The notes: generated from the sequence alone by a model not told the origin. A DNA stretch of 64,000 nucleotides from Coriobacteriia bacterium (GCA_018368455.1 JAGZEG010000005.1:22322-86321), one strand, 5' to 3'. Counted from the stretch's first letter, positions 54,623 to 64,000 are shown. Made by a program: numbers and translations.

Positions 54623-56105
54623 GCGGGGCCCGCGGCGGGCGGCCCGCTCGGCCCGGTGCCGGGGGCGGCCGGCCCCTCCTCTCCGTCGCGGCCGCAGCCG
54701 GCTCTGGTTCCGCCGGCGGCGGCTGGCATCCGGGGGAGGGCGGCGGCGCTCGGGCTGTCGGCGGGAGCGCCCCGGGCGTTGTCCCCCGAGGGGCGCCCCT
54801 GCCTGCGCGCCCCGGCTCGGATGCCTCGCTTGCAGTGTCGCCGGCTTTTGCGGAATGCCCCTCAAAGGCCACAGAACGCCTTGTGAGACGCGATAAGCAT
54901 CCTTCCGCAAAATATACTAGAAGCCTGACATTTTGGGCGTCTGGGCGATTCTGCGGCGCGGCGCCCCCTCGTCGCCCGCGAGCCTGCGCGGGCTGGCCGA
55001 CGTTTCAGCCCCATGTCCCCTCTGGTGTCGTTGCGCTCTGGGTCTTTCTGTTTTCTTCTCCCGCCAGAGGCACTATGGCTTTGTTATGCCTTTGCCATAA
55101 TGGAATTTGCCGGCATGTTCCCGGTTGCGGGCGCTTCCCCCTCGAGTGAGACCTGGGTCTTCGGGGCGCACCGGAGATTTCGGCCTTATCAGGCATATGG
55201 GGATCGCCAGAATGTTCGGCTGCAGGGGCGGGCGGCTGGTGTGTCCTCATCCGAACACTCGCTCTGCTCTACCGCAAGACAGAAACATGTACGGTCTATC
55301 TGAGCGAGGGGGAGGACGGAACGACGAAAATGCAGGTAGCAGGGATGCTGTCTCCCGCGAAGTACCAGCAGCTCAACGGAACCCTTGCCTCCATGAAGGC
55401 GTAGCGGCTCGGGGCCTGGGGACGGCGGGGCGGGCGCCCCCGTTGATGGGGGGCCTGCCCGTGGTCGTTGGAAACTGCTGCGCCCCATTAGATGAACAGG
55501 CGCCCAGGAATGCGGGTGACGGTTTCCCGGCCCCGTGTGGGACGCTGCCCGTTGCCAGAATGCCAGAACGCGCTGAATGAAAGGGCTCGAACCGCGAGCC
55601 ACCCGGGCCTATGGCGAGGCCGCCCTCCCGTGCCGCAGTGCCCCCGTCTCTAGTGGCGACCCTGATGCTCGAAAGAGTTCTATCGGCGTTGGCCTCTGCC
55701 TCTCTGATTCTTGCGGCTCCGACGAAGCGGACCTCTCCATGGCTGTGCACGAGGCCGCTAATCGGGTCGGGGGGGGGTTCTTCAATTGGAATTATCTAGA
55801 AAAAGGTCCCCGATAGGAAGGGCCATCTTCCCCGTTGGGAGTGGCTGCAGCTCCCCAACCGCTGTGGGCCTGGGGTAGTCCGGCAACGTAGGCGGCGCGG
55901 TCGAGGCCTTTGCAGACGCCGCCGACTGCCAGGCCGCCGTGTTGCCCGTCAGGCCCACGAGGAAACTTTCCTCTCCACCGGGGCGAGGCCAGGCGGCGCC
56001 CCGGTGGAGGTGGGGCAGCGGGCCACGTTGCCTCGCCACTGTTCCGGGGGGACCCATTTCTTGGGAGGTGGCCCAGCCCCGAGTTCGGCCTGCGGCTGCG
56101 TTCTG

Positions 56106-56405
56106 TTACCGGCGGTCGCTGCGGGCGCAAGCTGGCTCCGGGGCGTCGGCCGACACGTCGGCGCACAGCGCCAGCACGTAGCCGCCGTTGGGTGCCCTGT
56201 GGCCCCACGCCGTCTGGGGCAGCTCCGAGCCCTGCCCCAGCAGCACGGCGCACGCCCCGCACATCGCCTCGTGGGCCATGGCCGCCGCCTCGTCCAGGGT
56301 GGCGCCCCACGTGGCAACCCCCAGGTCGGGGATCTCCACGCCGTAGCCGCCCTCCTCGGGGTAGAGCACGGCCTCGTATATCCCCAGCACGTCCGCTCCT
56401 CTCAC
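56106..56405 (-). CDS. HicB-like (UPF0150) antitoxin-fold protein, no adjacent hicA
   Basis: YEAVLYPEEGGYGVEIPDLGVATWGATLDEAAAMAHEAM. Lies directly downstream of the integrase. Confidence 0.6.
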   Translation of the reverse strand: MRGADVLGIYEAVLYPEEGGYGVEIPDLGVATWGATLDEAAAMAHEAMCGACAVLLGQGSELPQTAWGHRAPNGGYVLALCADVSADAPEPACARSDRR

Positions 56406-56445
56406 CGCGGGCCCCTTGATGCTTTTTCAAGGGGATATCTGGAAA

Positions 56446-57843
56446 TTACTCGCCCGTGCCCGTGGGACGAAACCGAACCACCTGGCCCGGCTCGGTGGCC
56501 CCGCCCTCCATGGCGGCCGCTACGGCGTCGGCCGCCCGGCGCTTCGCCTCGGGGTCTGCGTCGGCGTAGATGTTGAGCGTCATGGCTGCGTTGGCGTGCC
56601 CCAGGATGCTGCTCACGGTCTTCACGTCAACGCCCGCGGCTATGGCGACGGTCGCGAATGTGTGGCGCAGGTCGTGGAACACGGGGCGCCTGCCCTGGCT
56701 GCCCACGAGCCCCAGGCCGGCCGCGTAGCGCCTCCGCCACGTGCGCGACAGGTATTGCGGGTTCATGTACGCCCCGTCGGGCCGCCCCAGCACGAACAGG
56801 TCGTCTATGTCGCGCCCGCTCGCGCCCGCGGCGATGCGCTCCTCGATGACGGACGCCCTGCGCGACCTCATTGCCTTCACGAGGCTTTCGGGCATGGGGA
56901 TGTTGCGCCGACTGCCTCCGTTCTTTGGCGTCTTCTCGTAGGTGCTATCCCCGCGCCCGATGCTGTGCCTCACGTGGATGACGCCGGCGTTCATGTCCAC
57001 GTCCCGCCACCTGAGCGCGCATATCTCGCCCTCCCGCATGCCGGTCATGAGCGCTATGCGCACACCCAGGGCGTAGGGCTCCGCCGCGGGCGCCTCGTCC
57101 AGGGTGGCCATAAGCCGCGCCCTCTGCTCCATGTCCAGGTAGTTCGGCTCGGGTCTCTTCTGCTTTGGCTTCCTGCACTTTCTGGCGGGGTTGGTCGGTA
57201 TGCGCCCCATGTCAACCGCCCATTCGAGCGAGGCGTTGAGCAGTCGCAGGGACTTGATTACCGTCTCGGGGGCGAACTGCGCGTTCATGTTGCCCAGCCA
57301 CCTCACCACCATGTCCTCGGTGAGCCCGTCGATGGGCACGCCGCCCAGCTCGCCCGCTATGTGGCGCTCCATTCTGCGATACGTGGCCATGGTGGAGTTC
57401 TCGGGCCTGCTCTCGTTCTCTACCTTCACGAGGTACGCCGCCACTAGCTCCGCCACGCCCTGAACCGGCACGTACCCCTCGCGCTCCATGCGCGCCTGCG
57501 CCTGGCGCTCGTCCTCGGCCGCCAACACCTCGTCCCTCCACTGCTTGAGGGCTCGCTCCGCCAGCTTCACGCCGGTCATGTCGCCGTCGCCCGGGGCGCT
57601 CGGGATGTCGAATGTCCGCGACAGGGTGCGCCACTTCCCGCGCACCGGCTTCCCCGCGCCGTTCCTCTCGCCGGTGTCCAAGTCGCGGTAGCGAATCACC
57701 GCGCGCCACTTGCCGTTCTCCTTTATGAGGCAGCCTTTTCCGTACTCGCGCCCGTAGTCCACGGCCTCTCCCAATCTGGTTTCGCGGCAGGCTTCGCGAA
57801 ACCACGGCGAAACCGAAATCGTCTTCCGATGCCGCACATACAT
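56446..57843 (-). CDS. int: tyrosine-type site-specific integrase
   Basis: C-terminal catalytic region FHDLRHTFATVAIAAGVDVKTVSSILGHANAAMTLNIYAD and an earlier R in GMREGEICALRWRDVD. Located 86 bp from attR. Confidence 0.9.
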   Translation of the reverse strand: MYVRHRKTISVSPWFREACRETRLGEAVDYGREYGKGCLIKENGKWRAVIRYRDLDTGERNGAGKPVRGKWRTLSRTFDIPSAPGDGDMTGVKLAERALKQWRDEVLAAEDERQAQARMEREGYVPVQGVAELVAAYLVKVENESRPENSTMATYRRMERHIAGELGGVPIDGLTEDMVVRWLGNMNAQFAPETVIKSLRLLNASLEWAVDMGRIPTNPARKCRKPKQKRPEPNYLDMEQRARLMATLDEAPAAEPYALGVRIALMTGMREGEICALRWRDVDMNAGVIHVRHSIGRGDSTYEKTPKNGGSRRNIPMPESLVKAMRSRRASVIEERIAAGASGRDIDDLFVLGRPDGAYMNPQYLSRTWRRRYAAGLGLVGSQGRRPVFHDLRHTFATVAIAAGVDVKTVSSILGHANAAMTLNIYADADPEAKRRAADAVAAAMEGGATEPGQVVRFRPTGTGE

Positions 57844-57928
57844 TCCGGATTATAATAAAACCGCAGGTAAATGGCCTATCTATTTTTCCGTAAAAATCAG
57901 TAAAAGCGCAGGTAACCGTTTTATTTCA

Positions 57929-57985
57929 GCCCTTTCAAGGCTGGAACACGGGTTCGAGTCCCGTTGGGGGCACCACTCAAAACCG
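57929..57985 (+). repeat. attR core (displaced 3' part of tRNA-Glu)
   Basis: Identical to 42575-42631. Confidence 0.9.
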
Positions 57986-58214
57986 GTCGTTCTTACGTCT
58001 CCGTCTACACGCCAATCACAATAGACCTGCTGCTCTAGCCCTCGCTTATAGCTGGCGCCTTTTGCGCGGATGTCCAAGAACGACTAACTATGGGGGCTAG
58101 AACGACTGAGACGTGACCGTGGCGTCGCGCACTTGCTCTATTATGCGATTAGACTATCCCGCGACGAGTAAGACAAAGGGAAATAGCTCAGTGAGATGGG
58201 AAGGATGGGGAGAG

Positions 58215-58496
58215 ATGTACCAGATCACGCACGTGGACCAGTTCAATAGGCAAGTTTTTGTTCAAGACTCAAAAGGAGGCTACGAGTATCAGATTAATCT
58301 CCGGCATCCAAATAACGCGGGCCTTGAGGAGTGGACGGGAAAACTAGAAGACCTGGTATCCGTGAGCGGTTCATATAGCTGGACTTGTGGCGAGCCTACG
58401 GATATTTACGTCACGCTTAAGCGTGACTGCGTTGACGAGTGGACTCGCGTCTTTAGGCCGTGTGGTGGGAGCAACAGCGTGGAGGAGATCCAATAG
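58215..58496 (+). CDS. hypothetical protein
   Basis: 93-aa ORF with balanced composition, followed by a strong terminator. No recognisable motif. Confidence 0.4.
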   Translation: MYQITHVDQFNRQVFVQDSKGGYEYQINLRHPNNAGLEEWTGKLEDLVSVSGSYSWTCGEPTDIYVTLKRDCVDEWTRVFRPCGGSNSVEEIQ

Positions 58497-58539
58497 CCGT
58501 GCTCAGGGGTGTTTTCCAATAACCCTGTCGTCTTATTTT

Positions 58540-58576
58540 GACCCCGACCCTCGATGTAGAGGGTCGGGGTCTTCTT
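58540..58576. terminator. bidirectional hairpin terminator
   Basis: Perfect 13-bp stem GACCCCGACCCTC / GAGGGTCGGGGTC with a 6-nt loop, then TTCTT. Confidence 0.65.
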
Positions 58577-58687
58577 AGAGCCGTTCCCTTTGTGACCATT
58601 CTCGCTTCTATGTGAGGAAGCCCTGCTCGGGACTGCTCCCTGTGGTGCGGCGTCCTCTCTTCGCGAGGTCCCCACCTACCGGGCTCC

Positions 58688-58981
58688 TCACTCCTCTTCC
58701 GACTTTTCCTCGGACAAGCGCTGCGCCTCTCGAGCGTCATCCTCGCTAACCGTGACGGCCATGTGTCGCACCTCTACCACGTGGTCCTCGGAAACGACGC
58801 CGGTTTCCCCGTGGCTTAGGCGAACCAGCGCCTCCAGCTTCAAGCAATCCTCGGCAGCTTTTAGAGCTTCCTCCAGCGTATCGCCGCTAGACGACATGCC
58901 ACCGTATTGCGGGAACTCGACGGTCCACCCGTCGTCGTCCTCGATTGCAACACACTGCCCCGCGAGCGTTAAGGTATCCAC
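58688..58981 (-). CDS. HicB-like antitoxin-fold protein (no DNA-binding domain)
   Basis: DDGWTVEFPQYGGMSSSGDTLEEALKAAEDCLKLEALVRL. Paralogous to the N-terminal half of the upstream gene. Confidence 0.6.
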   Translation of the reverse strand: MDTLTLAGQCVAIEDDDGWTVEFPQYGGMSSSGDTLEEALKAAEDCLKLEALVRLSHGETGVVSEDHVVEVRHMAVTVSEDDAREAQRLSEEKSEEE

Positions 58982-58996
58982 AACTATTCCCCTTCG

Positions 58997-59470
58997 TTAG
59001 GCCGTTTTCGCGCTTCTGCTCTTATGCTGTCCGGACTTTCTCCCCGGGCCGCGAACCGAGTCGCGGTAGGCCATTGCCGACAGCTTAGTGACCATCTCAG
59101 ACGCCCCCACCATCCGCGTCGCGAGCCTGCCGTCCCTTACAAGCTGTCCGACGCGCTGCCTGCTGACGCCAATGAGATCTGCCGCCTCGGCGCGGCTGAG
59201 GCACTTGGATTCGGCAAGCTCCTCCTCATTCACCTCAACCGAAAGCACGCGCACCTCACCGACGTGCTGGGCTTCGACGGCGCCGGACTCGCCGTCATCG
59301 AGGCGCGTTAAAGCCTCGAGGCGCAGACAGTCCTGTGCAAGCCTCATGGCCTCCTCTAGCGTGTCGCCACTCGTCGCCATATGGTTGTACTGAGGAAAGG
59401 TAGCGCTCCAGCGGCCTTCGCTTTCGTCCTTGATGAAGACGCACTCGCCAGAGATCTTGAGCGTTTTCAC
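58997..59470 (-). CDS. hicB: HicB-family antitoxin with C-terminal HTH
   Basis: GRWSATFPQYNHMATSGDTLEEAMRLAQDCLRLEAL plus the HTH LSRAEAADLIGVSRQRVGQLVRDGRL. Confidence 0.65.
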   Translation of the reverse strand: MKTLKISGECVFIKDESEGRWSATFPQYNHMATSGDTLEEAMRLAQDCLRLEALTRLDDGESGAVEAQHVGEVRVLSVEVNEEELAESKCLSRAEAADLIGVSRQRVGQLVRDGRLATRMVGASEMVTKLSAMAYRDSVRGPGRKSGQHKSRSAKTA

Positions 59471-59509
59471 GGGGCCTCCAAATCGATGTCATCCCGCGCC
59501 TCTCGCTGT

Positions 59510-59719
59510 TTACGCCGCCAACACATTACCGTGATCGGGCGCCAGGATTGCCCTGCGTATTCTCGTCAGAGTTCCCGTCGGGACGGCTTTCGACATGTAC
59601 TTGCCGCTCATTCCGATTGGCGTGCGGCCCGCTTTGGAGAACAGCAGGTGCGATCCCTTGCTGCAGCGCTCGGAATACCCCGCTCGCAGCAGCTCCGACC
59701 GCAGCTGGGCGTGCTTCAT
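59510..59719 (-). CDS. hicA: HicA-family toxin
   Basis: Start taken at MKHAQLRSELLRAGYSERCSKGSHLLFSK (HicA GSHxxF motif). Immediately upstream of hicB. Confidence 0.65.
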   Translation of the reverse strand: MKHAQLRSELLRAGYSERCSKGSHLLFSKAGRTPIGMSGKYMSKAVPTGTLTRIRRAILAPDHGNVLAA

Positions 59720-60306
59720 GCCATCCCACAGCACGACGCCGTCCGGGCCATATGCGCTTTTTGCATCTCGATCCATGAGGCCTCATTCCGTCGATGGTCA
59801 GGTTCTTTGCCTTTGACTGTCAGGAGAAAAATACCTCGACGGTTGGACAGAAACGGAGCCTCCCATTTTGACGCGTGCGATCTGGTAGTCGCGCCCATTG
59901 TGGGCAGGGTCGCGAGGCGTGAGCGCGCGAAGCCGCTGGCAGAACGCCTGGTTCTCACCGAGGCTGGCATAGGGCCTGATAGTAGTGACTCCGGGGGCTG
60001 GGAGCGGTGGGATCTGATGGCTAATCGCGACTATGTCATAAATCCGCCTAGGACGATAAAGGACGAGATTGACTGGCTCAAGACGACGCGGGTTGACGAG
60101 CAGACACGGTGATTGCCTGGCAATGACAGCGGGGCTCGGGGGTGCATGTTGCCCTTGCAAGTGGCCTCGTGCTCATCCCTCCTGACAGGCCGGACTCGCT
60201 CCCTACGTCCCTTGTGATCCCTATCGCGTCGTTGGTGACGGCGAAGGTGCCGGATGGCTCTTCGGCGCCTACAATCGACCCGTCATCATCCGATGGGAGG
60301 TTGCCA

Positions 60307-63300
60307 ATGGGCGAAAGCACGAGCCGTTGTTTGGAGGGCCGCGCCACCGCGGGCCTGCGCGTCATATGCGCCGCAGACTTCCACGGGGCGCGCCTCGCTT
60401 GTGATATTGCCGTCAAGGATCTGACATCCGCAGGCGTACCCTGCACCCGGGTGTTCCCGACCGCCGATCGGGCAAAGGCCGCGCGCCGTCGACTCGCTGA
60501 CGAGAGCGCGACGGCCGAAGGGGAGCGGATCATCCCAACGCTCGGCGTGGGCGTCACGACGCTGCCTGCCTGGGCTCGGGAGCGCTGGACGCTGTTCGGC
60601 GACGGGCGGTGCCTCGTCTCGTCGGGGCAACGCCGGGCTCTCGTCTCCCGCGCTGTCGAGCGCGCAGCCCTCGCCCCCGCCGTCGGCAGTAGCGCGCTTG
60701 ACCTCACGGCCCCCGGCCTCGTCGGCTGTCTCGAGTCACTTGTACGCTCCGCTTCCGGCCTTCCTGCTCTCGTTGATTCCAGGGCCGCCCTTCCCGAGGG
60801 CTTGAGCGGCGCCCAACTCGGGCTGGTGGACCTCGCCCGCTCATATCTGGCGTCTCTCCCCGACGCCGGCCTCGTCGAACCCGGCACGGCGGCCGCCCTC
60901 CTTCCCGGCCTCATGGGCTCTCTCGGCTGGGAACACCTCGTGCTCGAGGGCATCGGCGAGATGGACCCCGCCCTGTGTGGCCTTCTTGCCCAGGTTGCGG
61001 TGCATGCCGGCGTCACGATTGCCGTCCATGCCGACGCGCGAGCGGTGCGCGCTGCCTGCGAGGCCACATCCCCTTGCGGCGTGGACGATGCTGTTGCCGA
61101 TGATCCCGTCCGTGCTTATACCGTGCGCCTTGTGGCGGGCCTCGCGCGCCGATGCCGCGATGCGGGCGCGTCCCTCTCTGTCGAGGAGGCCCCCGCAAGC
61201 GCTCGGCATGACGCTCCCCGTGCCCCGGAGCTCGACGGTCTTGCGAGCCGCCTCTTCAAGGCGAGCGGGCCGGCTGTGGCCCCGCTTGAGCCTACGGGTG
61301 CCGTGCGCTTCCTCTTGCCGGCGGGCCGCTACGCCGAACCTACCGCCCTCGCCGAGGAGATCATCCGCCTCCGTGACGAGTGGGGCATCGCACCCAGTGA
61401 TGTGATTCTTACAAGCAGGGATCCCCTGGCGACCGCTTCGAGCCTGGCGGGCCGTCTTGTGGATGCCGGCGTGTCATGCTGGGCGCGCGGGATGGTGCCG
61501 CTCGCCCTGACGCAGGTGGGGCGTGCCCTGATGGGCCTCGCCCGTCTCGCCGATGCTGAGGTGGCTCCCGCGGAGGATCCCATGGAGCGGGCAAAGCAGG
61601 CCCGTCCCGACCTGCGGCCCATCGCAAGCGATCTGGCGCTAAACCCCCTGCTGGGCGTTGGAAGCCCAAGGGCGGAGGGCGAAAAGCCGCAGAACATGCG
61701 CCAGCTCGACCGCCAGTGGCGGCAACGCCGAGTCACGAGCGCTTCTGACTTGCTGGATGACCTCGCTGCCGCGTCGCCGAACGTTGCGGGGCCAGCCGTC
61801 ACGGCCGTGCGTGCGGGGGATCTTCTCAAGGCGACGCAGGCCCTGCACCAGACCAGGCCCCACGGCACCCCCGACGACGCCTGGCTCTGCGAGAGCGCCG
61901 CGCTCAAGCTCGCGAAGGGCCTCCTCGAAGCGGCGGGGGTAGGCGCCGGCGAGTCGAATGCTCCTGCGGGTTCTCGAAGCCATGCCGCCATGTCTCGCTC
62001 CCTCGTTGACCAGCTCACCGGCCTCTTCCAGGGCGCCTGTGTGCCCTGCTCGCGCCTATACGCCCCGCAGCCCACGGTGCCCGAAACGCCCAAGGGCTCC
62101 GCTGAGTCTCCTGCTTCCCAGGATCCCTCGTCGCTCCTGCGCATCGTGCGTCTCGCTGACGCGGAGGGGATGCGAGCCCGCGCCGTCATCGTCGCGGATC
62201 TCACGGCGGAAGCCTACCCGCTCTCCGAGCGCGACGACGTCGTGTCTCGCCTGCTTGATGCTCTAGGCGTCGGCTCCGGTGCCAGTGCGGCCGATCGGCT
62301 TCGCCACGAGTTTGCCGGCTCTGTCGAAGCGGCGGGCGAGATCCTCGTGCTTGAGCGCCGACTGCACGGCGTTGACGCTGAGGACCTGCGACCCTCCGCC
62401 CTGTTCGAGGACGCCGTTGATTGCTATCGCCCGGACGTCACGGATCTCGACGACCTCGACAAGGGCACGGGCCTGCCGAAAGACGGCTCGCTTCCCTGCG
62501 ACGGAGTTCCGGGTGAGGACTCGTTCAGCAAACTCATTGAGCCGGCGACGCCCCGTCCGTCCGAGGTCGTTGAGTTCGACGCGCCCGAACTCCTTACGGG
62601 CACGGCCGCGTCGACGGAGCCCCTGCTTTCGGAGAACCCCGACCTGGGCGAGCCAGCGCTGTCGCCAACAGCGCTCGAGAAATACATCAGCTGCCCCGCT
62701 CGCTGGTTCTTCGAGAAGAACCTTCCTTCTACAGAGGGCATTGACGCACAGTTCGACGCACGCGTTGCGGGCACGTTCTGCCACGAGGTCCTGCAGCGCG
62801 TGCACGAGCGCATGCGAGACGAGGGCATGCCGCGCCTCACCCCGTCGACCACGCCAGATGAGTACGACTTGGTCGATAGGCTTGTCGAGGAGTGCTTTCA
62901 CGGAGCCCGTCGAGAGTTTGCGCAGGCGGCGCTCGCCGATCGAAGCGGGGATGGCCTGCTCATGCCTTCCGACTGCCTTGTCGCGATCGATGAGGCAGAG
63001 GAGCGCAGCTTTGCCCGATATCTCAGGCAGCTCAAGTCGTGCGTACGGCGAGACAAGTGGATTCCCGAGGGGTTTGCCCCCCGGGCGTTCGAGCAGAAGA
63101 TTGGTTTTTCGGCTGACGAGACTCCGGTCTACTACGCTGGAGTGCGCCTGAGGGGCAAGATCGATCGCATCGACGTCGATAACAGGGGGCGTGCGCTCGT
63201 CATCGACTACAAGGGAACTATCGCTCCGGGCGACTATTCTCCAAAGCCTGACGGGAAAGGTGACGTGCGGAGCGCCGTCGTCCTGCCGGCCCTTTGCCAG

Positions 63301-63744
63301 CTGGGCGTGTCCGGGGCAGACGAAGGGGGCGAAGTCGCGGATCCGCTGCCTTTCCACTCTCAGGCGCTCATCTATGCGTCCGCCCTGCGCTCGCTGGGCT
63401 ATGAGCCGGTCGGTGCCCTGTACATGACGTACAAAAAGCTGGGCGATAAGAACCTCGCGTTTGCGGGCTTCATTGACGAATCCCAGCGGGACATTCTACT
63501 CAAGAGCGCTAAGTCTGCCGATCTCAATGCCGGCTTGTACGTGCCCCCGTATCCCGAGGGTTCGCCTGAGCGCGACGCCTTTGGGGCAAGCGGGTGGGAC
63601 GCCCTGTTGAAATATACCGAGGGCCAGGCTGCCGAGGCAGTTGGCCGCATGCGTGACGGCGACATAGGGCCCCGTCCGCGCTTCGGCGCCAAGAGCTGCA
63701 AAAACTGTCCGCTGGCCGCTACGTGCGTACAGAGGGTGATGTAG
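60307..63744 (+). CDS. addB: AddB/RexB-like PD-(D/E)XK nuclease subunit with C-terminal Fe-S cysteines
   Basis: ATG at 60307, 6 nt after GGGAGG. RecB-type nuclease motif GKIDRIDVDNRGRALVIDYKG and Cys set ISCPARW ... CKNCPLAATC. No Walker A seen. Confidence 0.8.
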   Translation: MGESTSRCLEGRATAGLRVICAADFHGARLACDIAVKDLTSAGVPCTRVFPTADRAKAARRRLADESATAEGERIIPTLGVGVTTLPAWARERWTLFGDGRCLVSSGQRRALVSRAVERAALAPAVGSSALDLTAPGLVGCLESLVRSASGLPALVDSRAALPEGLSGAQLGLVDLARSYLASLPDAGLVEPGTAAALLPGLMGSLGWEHLVLEGIGEMDPALCGLLAQVAVHAGVTIAVHADARAVRAACEATSPCGVDDAVADDPVRAYTVRLVAGLARRCRDAGASLSVEEAPASARHDAPRAPELDGLASRLFKASGPAVAPLEPTGAVRFLLPAGRYAEPTALAEEIIRLRDEWGIAPSDVILTSRDPLATASSLAGRLVDAGVSCWARGMVPLALTQVGRALMGLARLADAEVAPAEDPMERAKQARPDLRPIASDLALNPLLGVGSPRAEGEKPQNMRQLDRQWRQRRVTSASDLLDDLAAASPNVAGPAVTAVRAGDLLKATQALHQTRPHGTPDDAWLCESAALKLAKGLLEAAGVGAGESNAPAGSRSHAAMSRSLVDQLTGLFQGACVPCSRLYAPQPTVPETPKGSAESPASQDPSSLLRIVRLADAEGMRARAVIVADLTAEAYPLSERDDVVSRLLDALGVGSGASAADRLRHEFAGSVEAAGEILVLERRLHGVDAEDLRPSALFEDAVDCYRPDVTDLDDLDKGTGLPKDGSLPCDGVPGEDSFSKLIEPATPRPSEVVEFDAPELLTGTAASTEPLLSENPDLGEPALSPTALEKYISCPARWFFEKNLPSTEGIDAQFDARVAGTFCHEVLQRVHERMRDEGMPRLTPSTTPDEYDLVDRLVEECFHGARREFAQAALADRSGDGLLMPSDCLVAIDEAEERSFARYLRQLKSCVRRDKWIPEGFAPRAFEQKIGFSADETPVYYAGVRLRGKIDRIDVDNRGRALVIDYKGTIAPGDYSPKPDGKGDVRSAVVLPALCQLGVSGADEGGEVADPLPFHSQALIYASALRSLGYEPVGALYMTYKKLGDKNLAFAGFIDESQRDILLKSAKSADLNAGLYVPPYPEGSPERDAFGASGWDALLKYTEGQAAEAVGRMRDGDIGPRPRFGAKSCKNCPLAATCVQRVM

Positions 63745-64000
63745 ATGGGAAAGAAGTCCGCCGAGCCCACGAAAGACCAGCGTACGTGCATCGAATGCGT
63801 CGATGGACCGCTGCTCATCTGCGCAGGCGCCGGCTCCGGGAAGACGTTCGTGCTCACGCAGCGCATCGCCTACGCGCTGGAGCACCCAGAGCTCTCGGGT
63901 GTTTCCGACGTCAATCAGGTGCTGGCCATCACGTTCACGAAGAAGGCCGCGGCCGAGATCAAGGCGCGCGTGCGCTCGACCCTGCGCTCCAAGGGGATGG
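63745..64000 (+). CDS. addA: UvrD/AddA-type helicase-nuclease subunit (5' fragment, runs off the window)
   Basis: Own translation: MGKKSAEPTKDQRTCIECVDGPLLICAGAGSGKTFVLTQRIAYAL...LAITFTKKAAAEIKARV, giving Walker A and motif Ia. TAGATG junction with addB. Confidence 0.8.
   Translation, partial: MGKKSAEPTKDQRTCIECVDGPLLICAGAGSGKTFVLTQRIAYALEHPELSGVSDVNQVLAITFTKKAAAEIKARVRSTLRSKGM

Larger units (their letters stand above)
42575..57985. mobile_element. 15.4-kb integrative element inserted in the 3' half of tRNA-Glu
   Basis: Perfect 57-bp direct repeats at both ends. Tyrosine integrase, excisionase-type HTH, Prim-Pol/P-loop replication protein, TA modules and foreign low-GC cargo lie inside. Confidence 0.85.

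Noticed and set aside
55330-55404. 24-codon ORF (MQVAGMLSPAKYQQLNGTLASMKA) downstream of GGAGGA
   Set aside because: It is too short, the SD spacing is about 13 nt, and there is no supporting feature. It is kept only as something ribosome profiling could test.
55575-55640. tRNA/tmRNA-like GGTTCGAGCCC word on the minus strand
   Set aside because: The flanking bases do not form a T stem, an acceptor stem or any cloverleaf.

Overview
This is a high-GC chromosomal segment (about 63-66% G+C by eye, not computed) from a Gram-positive anaerobe. The gene content is most consistent with Coriobacteriia/Eggerthellaceae: a Hyf-type formate hydrogenlyase, System I cytochrome c maturation with a CxxxY CcmE, and membrane-bound LuxR regulators next to Tat-exported flavin reductases. 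That assignment is inference, not verified. Layout in order: upp (0.2-0.8 kb). A 15.6-kb hydN-fdhF(Sec)-hyfABCDEFGHIJ-hycI-focA formate hydrogenlyase-2 operon (1.5-17.1 kb). An AAA/DUF4143 ATPase and an orphan molybdopterin oxidoreductase (17.2-21.2 kb). An NhaC-type transporter embedded in repeat-rich spacers (21.2-24.9 kb). A Tat-signal NIPSNAP/Dabb gene pair (24.9-26.1 kb). Two LuxR + Tat-flavoprotein reductase modules bracketing ccmEFABCD (26.7-39.7 kb). A two-domain PPK2 (40.3-42.4 kb). tRNA-Glu(UUC) carrying a 15.4-kb integrated element (42.6-58.0 kb). The element is bounded by a perfect 57-bp direct repeat and encodes an integrase, an excisionase-type HTH, a Prim-Pol/P-loop replication protein and TA modules. 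It also holds a nested ~3.8-kb low-GC island (HxlR, NAD(P)H reductase, PNPOx-ferredoxin, macrodomain, SIR2). After the element come a hicA-hicB-hicB cluster and addB/addA (partial). Most long minus-strand ORFs in the track are GC-driven antisense shadows. The strongest leads are: (1) the translationally coupled PNPOx-ferredoxin/macrodomain/SIR2 operon carried as foreign cargo of the satellite-like element; (2) a CcmE with a CxxxY heme motif followed by a duplicated OB domain, in a ccm cluster lacking ccmG/H; (3) a dispersed ~160-nt intergenic repeat family and an AAAACCGCAGGT 12-mer that also sits at the element junctions; (4) two LuxR-flavoreductase modules of unknown substrate; (5) a Tat-signal NIPSNAP protein coupled to a signal-less tandem Dabb protein.
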